Positions 50,551 through 63,664 are shown, counted from the first letter of the whole stretch. The stretch is 63,664 nucleotides of DNA, filler included, from Folioceros fuciformis (GCA_049999805.1; 11 parts of 11 records of this genome joined end to end with filler, not necessarily neighbours in it); one strand, 5' to 3'. Translations and numbers: made by a program. The notes: generated from the letters alone by a model not told the origin.

Positions 50551-53500
50551 TACTCGAACTTGTACGGACTCGAACACTATTCATAATACCCTAACATTTT
50601 CCCATGCCCAACATAGAAGGAACACCATACGATCCATCTTTTGAACAACTTGTGATACTTCTAAGGTCCTTCATGGAAAACCTAAGTTTTGAAACTTATG
50701 TGTAGTGTACAATGTTGGTAGAGGGTGTTGCTAAGTATCTGAACTAAATCTTCTTTACTTAAGAAAAACAAGATGGGAAACCATATGCCCATAAAGAGGA
50801 GAGACGAACCACCAAAGCTAATCGGCTCAAGCAGGGGGACTAGCTCCTAAAGTTGTGAGATTGAAACCATTTAAATTATAATAAATATAATTTTTAATAA
50901 ATAAATAATTATTATATTCAGTTGATTACCTCAATACATTCTCTTGAAATTTTTGGTAATACAAGGACTTTTTAGTTAAAAAAAATGTTCATTCATTATT
51001 CTTAACTCCTCATGTAAGGACGAGTTCCATCTAGGTGAGGAAGTAGGAAATCTTGAAGAAAGAGAAAAAAGAAATGCGATACTATTGTCAGGCTATGTTG
51101 ATTAACTAGGCTAGCTAACTAATTAACATATGTAATTAGGCTCATTATTAGATAATCAGCCAAAATTAGTTAGACATGAAACATGTGGGTTCATTTAGGG
51201 CTCGGGAGCAAGGGAGCAAGGTGTGAAGGGCAAACATGTGATGCTGGATGATGATGAACGTGAGTGATTGGGCAGCTCGTGGGCAGCTCGGGCATCATTG
51301 CGTAAGATGGCTGTGAGGTTGCGAGCATGGGTGGCATAATGCTGACAGTGTGGAGTGAGATCGAGGGCGTGACGGTTCCTTTGCAAACCCTCACCTTGTG
51401 TTTTTTGGTTGCGGGGTTGCATGACATGAGGTGCTAAGCGAAATTACGAAGCCGGGCTCACTCGAATCAAATATTGCCGAGGTGCTGGGTTCCAGTTGCA
51501 CAAGGTAGCGGACCGGGCTCTGGAGCTTATGCGTGGGATCAACGGAGCGCGAGCCGTGGATTGGGGGCATCGTAGTCTCTCACCGAGTTGGGCAAGCTAT
51601 CGCGACCTTCCACAGTGGATTTTCAGACTCGGAGCTCTTGTGGCGGTGGCGGTAAGCGGAGTGATTGCTGAAGACAGGCGTGGATTTGAGGGTCTACTGG
51701 TGTTTAGAGTTGGCTGATCTGGCTGGGCTTCGCCCGTGGGTGTTATGAAACTGGGATTGCGCTACGATGGTTCACTGTAAGCGATTTTGCCCAAACACTG
51801 GTTTTGAGTGAACCAGATACATCAGCGCTCATTGTAGTGCGACAATGTTGCTCTCGTGTGGTTTTGAATAAGGACTTCCCAGGATCTCGTTCCTCCTTGC
51901 TCATTTTCTCATTTTCCTTACAGTCACGTTCATAGCAACCTTCTCGGAGAGTGTGAGGTTAGGTTTTTCGTTCACATATGGCTGCCTAATGTCAAGGGCA
52001 CTTTTAGCTAACACTGTTTTAGCAGGACATTATTACAAAATGTACAACATAGGCCAACAAAAGGTATGCCGGAAATATTAAATGAATAGTAAGAAAAATA
52101 AGTATTTTAATACTCGTATGATTTGAAACACTCCCCCGGGTACGGAGTGTCATTTCATAAGGCTTTTGCGGAATCTGGTGTTGATTGTGTCAATCTCGGG
52201 AAGCCTTTGTTTTTGGCGCCTCTGGTTTTCTTGGATCCGAATTACAATCGGGTTCGTGCTTGCGAATAATGGGGGCATGGGTTACAAAACGGCCTGCTAG
52301 CCATGTGCTAGATTAACGGGAGGGATGACATAGATTTTGGTTAAAGCAAAACAAAGGCCGACATGTGTTCCAGATATCGCGGCCGGCCGGGTGTAGTGGA
52401 GCTGGGTGGTACGTATTGCATGTACATATGTATAAGGCATGTGTTTTCTCTCCTCTGCTTTCTTATTTTAATTTGGTTATGGAATACCTTACGTACAGTG
52501 AAAAGCTAAGAAGCCTAAGAAGGGGTACAGCAGGATATAGGATACATCACAGGAAGCGGGAAGCTTCCGGTGAGCATAGTGCGCTTCATGTGTGGACCGC
52601 GGACGGACGTGGAATCCGTTAACGGGAATATAACATATACGTTGTGTGACTGAAATAGGCATGAAGAAAATGTTGGAGACGGTTGGCCTAAAGATCCCTG
52701 CCTTGCCGCTATGGTTTGAATGTGGGTGGAGGCGATAAGAAGCAAGGNNNNNNNNNNNNNNNNNNNNNNNNNNNNNNNNNNNNNNNNNNNNTTAATTAAT
52801 TAANNNNNNNNNNNNNNNNNNNNNNNNNNNNNNNNNNNNNNNNNNNNCCAGCCGAAATGGTTCCTCGGCCATGGAAGACTGACCCTAGGGTGCTGGGGAA
52901 GGCCCTGAACTAAGAGGAAAAGAAAGCAGGTGAAAAGGAGTTGAATTGGAATTTCTGGAATTAAATCCAGGAAAATAAGGATGAAAATAGAAAAGGGAAA
53001 ATTAGGAAAATAAAAAGAAAAGAAATATGGGGATACGTATATATTAAACGTATCAGTACGTATTAAATACGTATCTAAACTGTATACAATACAAAAGGGG
53101 GGAGGTATATACGTATACGGACCGTATACGGTCNNNNNNNNNNNNNNNNNNNNNNNNNNNNNNNNNNNNNNNNNNNNNNNNNNNNNNNNNNNNNNNNNNN
53201 NNNNNNNNNNNNNNNNNNNNNNNNNNNNNNNNNAGCATCCCTCCTCACTTCAAGTCCTTTATTTGTAAGCCCTTGGGGTGTAGGATCTCTGATCTCAAGA
53301 TGTCGTCCTCAGCCACTGACTCCCCTCCTGCAAAGCGCCGCGTCTGCCATCGTAACAAGCTAGGCCGGTTTGTGAGCAAGCCGACTAGAACAGCCGCCTC
53401 CTCTTAGCAGCAAGGATAAACAAAGATACCTGCTCCTACTCCTCAAGATAACATCAGCGGGAGGCATTCGCGAGGAAGACCACGGAGCACTACCAAGGCT

Positions 53501-54145
53501 TTTCTGGATCAGCGGCGATCGTCAGATGCTTCAGCCTGTAAGACAAAGGTTGGCGCTACGTGTAAGACAGCTCCCCCTAAAGAGGGGCCTCTTTCGAGCG
53601 ATCACAGTGACAAGCTCCGCTTCAAAGCTGGTGAGTTTGCATATGTTGATTCTGACCATAGGCCTGCTGTGCCGATGAGATTTCCAGTTCCGACACACTC
53701 TAATGAAGAAACCAAGATTGTGAGCCTTGGTTCTTTTGCTATTCCTTGTACCCCTTTGTGGTATAAGTGCTCTTACACCCACCTGAAGATGGTACGAGTA
53801 AGGATAGAGCACTGCCGTGAGTATCAGCGCCATATTGTCAGCTTTTACAGTAAGTGTGCCCTGTCTACTTTTATGTCAGTATCCCCGTTGCCTTCTTCTT
53901 ACAGTTCTCCAACAAGCTCCCACTTGCCTTGCAGGATCTCAATTGCAGCTGAAGGAAGAGCACAGCCTAGAGACTGAGGAGAGAATCTCCTACATGGAGC
54001 GTAGGAAGAGAAACTCTCCAAGATCGGATGAGAGCTTCACCACTCCCTTCGAACATGATTCTGATTCCTCTGAGCCTGATTCTTTTAGCAGTCGTGCAAG
54101 TGTGCCTGTTCATAATGTGGATGAAAGCAGTGGGAGTTTGGGACT

Positions 54146-57100
54146 TTAAACTGCAAGACTGAGGAAGTCACTTGGCTTCCCCATTCCAAGATATTTCATG
54201 TGCCTCTTCTGCAGCTCCCTACCTAGGGCTTTTGTCATAATGTCTGCTGGGTTTTCAGTTGTTGGCACATACTCGAGTACAACTTGTCCACTCTTGATCA
54301 AATCTCTGATAAAGTGATATTCTACCTCAATGTGTTTTGTCCTTAAGTGATGAACAAGTTTTGTGCCAGGTTTATAGAGCCCTGACTATCTGTTTTAATC
54401 ACTGTGCAGGTAGGTAGAGGTAGTCCAAGTTCACTGAAGAGCAATTTGCACCAAGCAACTTCTTTAGAAGTGGATGCGAGGACACGGTATTCTGCTTCTA
54501 TGCTTGAGAGGGTAACTGTTGGTTGCTTATTGCTAGACCAACATATTGGTCCTCCAGCAAACATGACGATGTATCCAAAGTCTGATCTTCTACTGTCTAT
54601 ATCACCAGCATAGTCTGAATCGGTATATATGTCTAATTCAAGAGCAGCATCAGGTTTGTATTTGTAAACGATTCCATACTGCGCTGTTCCCTTTAAGTAT
54701 CAAAATACTCTTTTAACACAAGTCAAGTGCTCCTGTGCAAGGTTTTCCAAGTACTATGAAAGCACACTTGTGGAATATGCCACTTCAGGACGAGTAGTGT
54801 TTGCTACATATATAAGCTTTCCTACTGCCTTGCGGTAAGGGATAGGAAGCATTTTGTCCTTTTCAGCTTGTGTTTGTGGGCTCATGGATTTACTCAGCTT
54901 AAGTCCACTTGGTAATGGTGTGGCTGCAGGCTTCGCGTCCTTGAGTCCAAGTTGGTCTGCGCTATCAAGAAGGTATCTTGGTTGAGTGAGAGTTAAAACT
55001 CTTTTCTTTCGATCTCTCTGAATATGTGTGCCAAGGCAGCTTTGTAAAGCTCCTAAGTTTGACATCTCGAACTTCTTGGATAGGAGGCCATTAATTTTTG
55101 CGATAAAGGAGGGACTGTTACATGCGAGTATCAAGTCGTCCACATACACAGCTAGGTAACATATAGTGTCTCCAGCCCTGTAAACATACAGGCTACTGTC
55201 TGAAACACATTTGATGAAGCCTAGAGCTCGCAGCTCCTCATCTAAAACTGCATTCCATTCAAGAGCAAACTGTTTTAAACCATATAGGGTTTTGATTAGG
55301 TGAAGGACATGGTCCTCTTTTCCCTTTACTATGTAGCCCATCTGTTGTTGCATATAAATTTCAATATCCAGCTTGCCATGTAAGAAGGCTGCTTTAACGT
55401 CAAACATTTCCAACTCATAGTCATGGTGTGCTGCTACTACGCAGAGAACACGAAAACTGGCTAGCTTCACGACAAGAGCATAAGTTTCCAAATAATCTAG
55501 ACCTGGTACTTGGGAAAAGCCTCAAGCAACAAGTATGTCAAAGGTACCATTTGCTTTAACCTTGAGCTTAAATACCCATTTACATGACACCATTTTGCGT
55601 CCAGGAGGTAACTTTGCGAGTTCCTAAGTGCCATTCTTGATCAAGCTGTCATACTCAGACTGAACGGCCTTTTTCCACTCTGTAGCATCTGGCCTACTCA
55701 TGGCTTCTTCATAAGTACGAGGCTCTATAGGGTCCAGACTAATAGCATGAGCACGTGCTAAACTTGTCATGAAATCATGTGACTGATAATAATCAGGTGC
55801 ACGTCTTTCTCTTGTAGGGTATCGACATTCAGGTAGTTCAACTACATCAGCGTCATCATCACGATCCAGGACAAAAGCTGCATCATATGCGACTGCATCG
55901 TCATTTAGATCGGGTATGTCTGGTTCAGGTTGTAGCTCAACAGCAATGGGAGATTGCTGCTGCTGTTCATCAAGGTCAGCAAAGGCATGATTGTCATGCT
56001 CACCTTGATTTTCATGCTCGTCTTGATTATGCTCATCCCCCCCTACAGGAGCAATCTCCTCAGGTGTTGAGTCATCAAAGAAGGTGATGTTGGGGAGAAT
56101 GGACAAATCAAGTGCAGCACTATCATTGGAGGTGGGAGGTGCTCCCACTGGTGTCCAAACACGTTCTTTGGCAAACGTAACACTTCGTGCATAGATCACC
56201 TTGTTTTGAGGGACATCATAAAGTTTATAAGCTTTTATGCCCTCAGTGTAACCTATCATGAGGAGTTTTCTGGCTTTTGCAAATAGCTTCTTTCGGTTCT
56301 CCTTTGGAATGAAGGCATAAGCGATACAGCCAAAGGTTCGAAGATGAAGGATAGATGGTTTCCTGCCAAAAAAAGCCTCATATGGTGTTTGACCTACGAC
56401 AGCAGTTGTAGGTAATCTATTTCTTAGATAAACAGCTGTCATTAGGGCCTCAGCCCAATAGGGCAATAGTAAGGAAGCTTGATGCAGCAAGGAGGAAACC
56501 ATCTCCTGTAAAGTTAAATTCAAGCGTTCTACAATGCAATTTTGCTGTGGCGTGTACACAACGGTGAGCTGTCGCCCAATACCCTCCTCTGCACAATAGG
56601 TTTGAAATTCATTAGATGTGAATTCTCCTCCGTTATCTGAGCGGAGAGTCTTGAGTTGTTGTCCTGTCCATCTCTCAACAAATTTTAAGTAAGTTTTGAA
56701 TTGAGAGAAGGCTTCACGTTTGGCCTTCAAGATATAAGCCATGACAAACCTTGTCTTTTCATCAGTGAAGGTTAAGAAGTACTTGCCACCACCTATTGAA
56801 GGCTGTGATAATGGCCCACATATATCAGTGTGGACTAACTCAAGAACATTAGAAGCTCTATGTGGAGTCCTGTTTTTGAAGGCTGCTTGGTGACGCTTAG
56901 ACAACACACAAGCTTCACACAAGGGTAAGGTGGGAAGAGTGCCAATCTTTCCATCATAATATAGATCACTGGTAGCCACTTTTTGTAGCTTAGCTCCATG
57001 AGGATGACCTAACCTTTTGTGCCATAATATGGCTTTGTCTATTTGATGTGAAGGTGAAAGCTCACCTTGTGACATCAAATGAGACTGCACAGGAATATTA

Positions 57101-58445
57101 TGCAAGTGAAGTCGAAAGAGATCGTGGTCGGAGGATCCATATGCTAAGACCTTGCGATGATCAAAAGCATCAAGGATCTGGCACTCTGTGGGGGTAAACA
57201 GAATGTGACTATTGTTGTCTATGTTTAGTTGCCTGACAGAAATGAGGTTCCTGGTCATTCTAGGCACAGAATAAACATTGGTAAGGGATAGTTTTAGCCC
57301 CGAGGGGATAGGAAGGAACAGTGTGCCCTTTCCGGGAGATACCAATGCCCTGTCATCACCTAAATAGACAAACTGATCCTTTACTTGTTTGTAGGTTGCG
57401 AAGGCACTTCTATCAAAGCAGATATGCGCTGTTGCGCCTGTGTCGAAGTACCATTCTTGAAATGGTCTGGACTCTGCTATAGCAGATAAGCATGTGGGAA
57501 GGACTAGAGCTTGAGCAAACTCCCTTACCCTTACTGTCAGGGCAGAAGGAGAGGGTTGCTTCTTTACTATGACGTGTGTTTCAGCATTCGCATTGCCCTC
57601 CTTGCGAGGTATGCCAGCCTACTTCTTACGACACTCACTTTCCCAATGGCCGGGAATTTTGCACCAGTTGCATTTCCCGGTCTTTTTGGGTTTCTTTTGT
57701 GAGGAACCTCCCTGTGAGCTCCCTGCAACAGGTGTAGTATTTTTGCCTCTAGGGTATGGTTTGTTTCCTCTGCCCTTGTTTGAGGTGTAGAGTGCTTGCT
57801 GTTTCCCATGCTTAGGCCCACCTCTTGTGGCCTCTTCTTGAAGAAGTGCTCCCACCAACTCAGAATAGGTCTGGCAACAGACGCCAGTTTTTGAGCTTGT
57901 GCCTGTGAAGTGTTGTACGAAGTCACAAAATTTGACCAGGAGGTAGGTAATGAAAGCATCAAATAGAGTGCTAACATATCTTCCTTGATGGCTTCCTAAG
58001 TTGCTCCCTCCAACTTAGAAACAAGATGTCTGAAGGTAGCAATGTGCTTTTCTACTGAGTCACAATCTCGCATCTTGCAGAGTTGAAGGTTTTTAAGGGC
58101 TGCCATTTGACTGGTTGAATTTCCACCAGAGTAAAGCTCACGAAGTCTAGACCAGATATCTCATGTAGATATAGCTCCTGAGGTATGCCTTAACATGTCA
58201 GAGGTAAGGCCACACCGAATCATTTACATGGCTGCGTCATTTCTGACTGTCCATGCTTTGACAGTTGTTACATCATCTGTATCTAACTCGTCATCTCCGG
58301 TTGTTACATCCTAGAGTCCTCTATTCTGAAGAGCACCCTGCATCCTCATAACCCAAGTATCGTAATTCTCCCCTCCAAACCTGTCCTTTTCCTTAAACAT
58401 GTCACTGCCTATGTGCAGCTTGGGTGAAATATCTTCGTCACCCAT
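54146..58445 (-). mobile_element. Ty1/copia gag-pol, full coding span, decayed
   Basis: MGDEDISP..FKEKDRFGGENYDTW, CNWCKIPGHWESEC, WYFDTGAT, LRSDNGGEF, FDVKAAFLHG, VYVDD, ADIMTKAL...V* (stop at 54148-54146). Confidence 0.96.
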
Positions 58446-60429
58446 GTTTGTAGGATTTTACAAACACTAATGTGTGAAGTTGTAACCTGTGCTGTGCAAG
58501 TTAATCACAACAGAGTATCTAGGAATAGATGTTAGGGGATGAATGACACCTGGTTCATGAAGACATTAGCAACTACAGAACATTAACAGGGTTAAAGACC
58601 TTGTGTTGTGCTATTGTCAAATTGTTTTCTAATTTTAGATGCCTCATCTTCCAATTATTGTCTGTGTACGTGGAGTGTGATAGACTACAATTGGGTGCAT
58701 CAAACCAGTAACTTCTGTTTGTCTTATTTGTATGCCTACGTAAAACTCCAGAATTGAGCAAATTACCAAGCAGATTTGACTTTGACAAAGTCAACAATTT
58801 GAGATTTAGGTGAGAGATTTGTTCTTTCAGGTTTTGAATACCAACACTAGAATCGATTAGGTGTCGAATAACACTACTACTATGATTCCTTTTATGTGGT
58901 TTTGGTATGATTTAAGCCTGGTTAGTAACTGAGAAATCTCTGTGTCTGATGTAGCATGTGTTGTGACAAGTCCCCTATGATTAGGGTTACCACCAGAAGA
59001 ATGCTGCGATCGCACCACTTGTGGAATCGACTGTTTAAAAAGAAAGGAGCAAAAGTCAAATGTCTCTGACCAAGATAGAGAGTCTCCACTATGACATTGA
59101 AGGCCTCTCGTAGGTTTCTACAGAGATCAGGCGAATTTTGATTGCGCAACAGCCATATCGAAATATGTTAATGGATGTGCTCCACAAAATTGTGCCTGTT
59201 TTGTTTTGATTTTGCTGCCTCCTGTTGATGTTCACACCCTCAATAGGAACGCGCCAGACATTGTTTCCATCAGTGGCCATTTACGGCTAAATTTGTAGAA
59301 GCCTTTAAAATGCAAATTATATGCATTTCTGTAAGCTATTTTCTATAATTTTCAGAAATCAATATGCAAGATCTGACGGTTGNNNNNNNNNNNNNNNNNN
59401 NNNNNNNNNNNNNNNNNNNNNNNNNNTTAATTAATTAANNNNNNNNNNNNNNNNNNNNNNNNNNNNNNNNNNNNNNNNNNNNCCAACCTTTGTCTAAGGC
59501 TTTGTGGATTTGACTCGTGAGAAGGACCTAGCCTATGCGGATGACCTTATCAAGTTGGGGGATCCATATGTGACTTTCGGAATTCTTTCCTCATGTTTGC
59601 ACGTCGTCAAGGGTACCTTCTCCGGATGGTCCCTCCCTAGATCATGCAGGTTTTTGGTGATATAATTGGCCGTGGTATGTTTGAGTGTGGCGTGGGGGAC
59701 CTTGTAAGGCAACATGCGTCTCTTCCTATCTTATTGGAGGCATTGGTTTGCTAGCAATGGAGATATTGATATCAGCACCATTTTCTTGGTAGTTAGGCCC
59801 TTTCGGCTCTTATTTTGCCTTTTTGTTTTCTCATTCATGATGCTTGCATTTTGGAATCTTTTGTCCTTGGTGTTGAAGAGGCGCCCTCTTTTTGTAGATG
59901 TCTCTAACATCGGCTAGGGACTCTCTTTCTTCTATGGTTAGGATTGATATGCCTCAATTTTCATCTTTCTCGTGGTGGGAATTCAGGGGCTCCAAGCTGC
60001 CTCCCCTCTAGTCCTTGCCCCATGGTCCTCATTCTCGCGCTCGCCATTATCTCCATGCTCCACCCAGCTTGATTCCCAACTGATGTTTGCGCCATGATGC
60101 GAAAGCAACCCTCACGCTTGGTGCTACTCCTCCCATGTTGATGACTTGCCTTGTTTGGGCTTAGGGTCTAATTTGGTTTCACATCTAAACTAAGTGGCTT
60201 TCTCTAGCCTACTAGTTATTCATTCATAACGGATCTATTTCCTATAACTAGTATTTAAAGGAAATGAATCCTTGGACTATGAGCCAATCAAAATAAAGGA
60301 TATGTTTTCATGTCCTTGGTTAATGAAAATGCGTAACCAAATGTAGTTTATAAAAGCAAGCATACATCAAGCTTACATTCTTTGCATACGTACCTTAGTT
60401 CTTGTGTCTTGACGTTGGGCTGATGGCTG

Positions 60430-60720
60430 CGAGAGTCTCGACAGTTCTGGCTGTGGGATTGCCATGTCCCATGGCAGGGACAGTCCTGGCAATCCTGGTT
60501 GTGGGATTGCCATGTTCCATGGCTGGGACAGTCCCGACAGTCCTAGCTGTGGAACTACCATGTCCCATGGCGGGACAGTCCCGGCTATCCCGGCTATCCC
60601 GGCTATGGGACTGCCATGTCCCATGGCTGGGACAATCCTGGCTGTGGGACTGCCATGTCCCATGGCTGGGACAGTCCTGGCTGTGGGACTGCCATGTCCC
60701 ATGTCTGGGACGGTCTTGGC
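60430..60720. repeat. 39-bp minisatellite (~6 degenerate copies)
   Basis: Unit GGCTGTGGGACTGCCATGTCCCATGGCTGGGACAGTCCT. Confidence 0.9.
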
Positions 60721-61119
60721 AACCTCCTATCATCTTGCATGACCAGTAGTTGGAGGTCAACAAATTACTGCACGCAAGCTATGCGAGATTTCATGTTCTC
60801 GTTGGCCAAGGTGGCTGACTTTTTGTCCTTTAGGGAGTGGCTATACACTCTACCTAATGGTGTTTCTCTTTGAACTGACTTTTCTTCATCTAGGGAGATC
60901 AACAAGTTTTTATTGTTGACGTGGTTGTAACTAACCCCACATGGGTTGTATGATGGATCACTTGTCCTCAACTCTCCAGGTTGGGCGGTAGAGGGGAGTG
61001 CATCAGCCAAGGTTCACAAGTACACACCCATCCACAAGTTGGACACACCTTTNNNNNNNNNNACAAGTTGGACACACCTTTATCCCCCTTGCCATTAAGA
61101 CCCATGAGCCATGTGCAAG

Positions 61120-61210
61120 ACATTTTCCAAGTTGTTGAAGTCTTGTGCCAAGGCAGCTCACAATACATTTTCCAAGTTGTTGAAGTCTTGTGCCAAGGCA
61201 GCTCACAATA
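61120..61210. repeat. 45-bp tandem duplication
   Basis: ACATTTTCCAAGTTGTTGAAGTCTTGTGCCAAGGCAGCTCACAAT x2. Confidence 0.9.
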
Positions 61211-62098
61211 GGAAAAATGGGCTTGGTCTTCTTCTTTCATTTATTGTAGTGTTTTTTTTCGGTAGTGGGTTTTTATTGCTCTACAGTGAGTGTTGGCTAA
61301 TGCCATGTATAGGACAACAACTTTGGTGACGTCAACAATTCCAGTGGTAGATATCTAGATCCTTTCTCATCCAAAACCATGATGTTTGAGATGCTATTGG
61401 TAGCCTATAGGCTTCAGGGGTTAGCCCCTAGTGTCCCTACATATGGTTTATCTTCCTCTCTAGGTGTAGATGATTCTTCTATTTATTTTTCTGAAATAAA
61501 TATAAAATCGAAGGATCTCCAAAAGAAAAGAATACCAAATGCGATACGAGAATACAAAAAGTAAATTAGGGTCTCCAAAAGAAAGAAAAAAGAAAACCCC
61601 AACCACGCTGGCCGCGTGGGCAACTGAGGGAAACATGGAAGCTGGGCAAGTGGGCTAAGAAAGATGGGAAGGTAGCAGATATATTGTACTATGTGGTAGA
61701 ATGGAGCATTAAGTTGTATTGGACTAGATATTATATAATTCTAAAACAGATTCCACAGATAGAAAATAGAACTGTTGTCCAGCTGGTTTTAATGATTCAT
61801 GTACGTAATCGTTTTTTGTTCGTTTCCAGGCATCAATATAAACAGATAAGTGGTGTAACCAATATTTTTGTGTTCGTTTTGGGGCATCAATATAAACAGA
61901 TGAGATGGACAAGAGCGTAGACGCGCGGGATTCTTGGTGGGTGCGTGAGTCTGACGTGGGACGCGAATGCCAGTTGGGCAAAGCACGAATCCAGACTTAT
62001 GCATATCTTGCACAGAGCCCTGTCGGAAATGCGGTCTGCGGGCTCGAAAAGGAGGCAGGGGACTTGATGGATGAGATCGCCAGGCGTGCTCGATCCGG

Positions 62099-62343
62099 AT
62101 GGCGGTGGTTGTCGATGCTGGTGAAGGCAGGAAGGGGGTGGACATGGCCGGCAGCGGCAGCGGCGTGCTGGTGGTGCCGCCATTCGACTGCGCTTGGCTC
62201 ATGAGCGACGAGCTGCGTCTCGCGGACGGGGGTCGCGGCTGCGTGGCGTTCGAAGCTCGGGCGGAGAACGACGTGACGGTGGTGTTCAAGGAGCACGCCG
62301 GGTGCAAGCACTACCGCACGGACACGGGGCCCAACTACACCGT
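62099..62343 (+). CDS. 5' end of an At2g30600-like BTB/POZ domain protein (N-terminal domain only; 3'-partial)
   Basis: VVPPFDCAW..LRLADGGRGCVAFEARAENDVTVVFKEHAG..HY..D..PNYTV matches the recalled N-terminus of plant At2g30600 (VAPFECAW..GRGCVAFDAFAHNDVTVVFRE). Confidence 0.8.
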
Positions 62344-62443
62344 NNNNNNNNNNNNNNNNNNNNNNNNNNNNNNNNNNNNNNNNNNNNTTAATTAATTAAN
62401 NNNNNNNNNNNNNNNNNNNNNNNNNNNNNNNNNNNNNNNNNNN

Positions 62444-62901
62444 GGAGCTCCAATGACTGCCAATTGTTGGGAAAGACTCCTCACCTTGTCTACATGCTCA
62501 ATCACACTATCACTCTCACCCATTTGAATGGAAAAGAATCTACGCCTTAAGAACAAGCGATTCACAAGGCTCTTGTTCTCATACAAAGCCTCTAATTTCA
62601 ACCAAGCCTCTCTTGCTGATTTGCAAGTGATCACATGCATCAATTGTGCATCTTCTAAGTTGAAACAAATATTTGCAAAGGCCTTGCCTGCAAGCTCATC
62701 CCACTTGGGCTGTCTCTCCACTTCATTTGGACGCTCCTCGGTCCCCGACACAATTCCCCAAAGGCCTTTTTCAGCCAACAACATTTGCATCTTGAACTTC
62801 CACAAGTTGAAGTTGTCACCTCCAAACTTTGAGATAACTTGTAGAGTGACGGTCCCTTGGGTGTGTGGGCCCATAACCTGTTGAGATGTCACCCCCGCCA
62901 T
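62444..62901 (-). mobile_element. Ty1/copia gag (intact frame, 3'-partial)
   Basis: KFGGDNFNLWKFKMQMLLAEKGLWGIV..SAREAWLKLEALYE..RRFFSIQMGESDSVIEH. Confidence 0.93.
62866..62878 (-). promoter_or_regulatory. Half-tRNA(iMet) type primer-binding site
   Basis: GGTTATGGGCCCA immediately follows the LTR end ...TCAACA. Confidence 0.8.
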
Positions 62902-63278
62902 GCTCAAAGGAGGTTAAAACAAGTTAGTTGAAGCAAGATGCAGAATCCCAAAACTAAGAGCACTATAACAAGGCTCTTAAACTAAAATAAAAAGGAGAAT
63001 TACAAAAACAACACAATACAAGTGAAGAGGGAGTTAGACTACATATACTAAGTGGGTTCATCCCTTCTTTTATGGACCTATGGGTGGCACTCTCATTTCG
63101 TGCCCAATATGGGATAAATGACCCCAAACCCTACAATACTTCTTTTGCCTAACATAGCAAAGTCTAATAAGCTATATATATATATTAATCATAACCTTAA
63201 TCACTCTTACCACTAATTAGTACAAACTCAATAAGCTGGATTAGCACTAATTAATATCAACATTAATCATGCTTAACA
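62879..63278 (-). mobile_element. 5' LTR (400 bp) of the half-tRNA-primed copia
   Basis: TGTTAAG...TCAACA termini, internal TATATATA run, adjacent PBS. Confidence 0.75.
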
Positions 63279-63380
63279 CTNNNNNNNNNNNNNNNNNNNN
63301 NNNNNNNNNNNNNNNNNNNNNNNNNNNNNNNNNNNNNNNNNNNNNNNNNNNNNNNNNNNNNNNNNNNNNNNNNNNNNNNN

Positions 63381-63664
63381 GAACTGCTTATAAGCAGGTG
63401 TTAACCCGCGTAAGCAAACTTCGACCTTGTCGTCATCTTCCACACTGACACCAATGGATGCAAGGGATTCCACTATCTCTTTGATCTTTAAGGCATACTC
63501 ATTGATTGATAAGTTCTTCTTCATAATTGTGTTGAAGTCATTCTTCAAATGTAGTTTCCTCGCCTTCGTGTTGGTCTCATAGAGTTTGACCAACTCATCC
63601 CCTGCTTCTTTGGGCGGCTCTGCATCCTGTATGTGCCCAATCATGGTGTCATGAATGCTGATTG
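63381..63664 (-). mobile_element. Ty1/copia gag fragment (different element)
   Basis: KLYETNTKARKLHLK..SINEYALKIKEIVESLASIG..CLRGL resembles the gag at 42713-44044. Confidence 0.88.

Noticed and set aside
52400-52500. Possible miRNA hairpin
   Set aside because: Only short imperfect pairing and no recognised mature miRNA.
2068-62343. Apparent ubiquitin-system cluster (F-box + HECT + BTB)
   Set aside because: The three lie on different contigs separated by artificial linkers.

Overview
Eukaryotic DNA from a draft assembly, most consistent with a non-seed land plant (inferred from Ty1/copia, L1-type LINE, F-box, STIG1 and At2g30600-like content). The window is not contiguous: 11 separate contigs/scaffolds are joined by an artificial 100-nt N..TTAATTAATTAA..N linker, so adjacency across linkers carries no meaning. 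Contig 1 (1-11339) holds a spliced secreted STIG1-type Cys-rich/Ser-Pro gene missed by the ORF track and a tandemly duplicated F-box cluster (one intact gene, several pseudogenes). Most other contigs are decayed transposons: several copia elements with LTR/PBS/PPT, a LINE, a MULE transposase remnant, a thrice-repeated LTR-like element and GC-rich cryptic satellite. The most unusual feature is a GC-rich contig (18473-21350) carrying a HECT E3-ligase C-terminus in tandem with an intron-containing IS3-related (IS3EU-type) DDE transposase. Also notable are a CCT::molybdate-transporter chimeric ORF, a contig bounded by perfect 47-bp inverted termini, a copia with a convergent antisense ORF, and a half-tRNA-primed copia. 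All family assignments come from motif recognition by eye; no searches were run.
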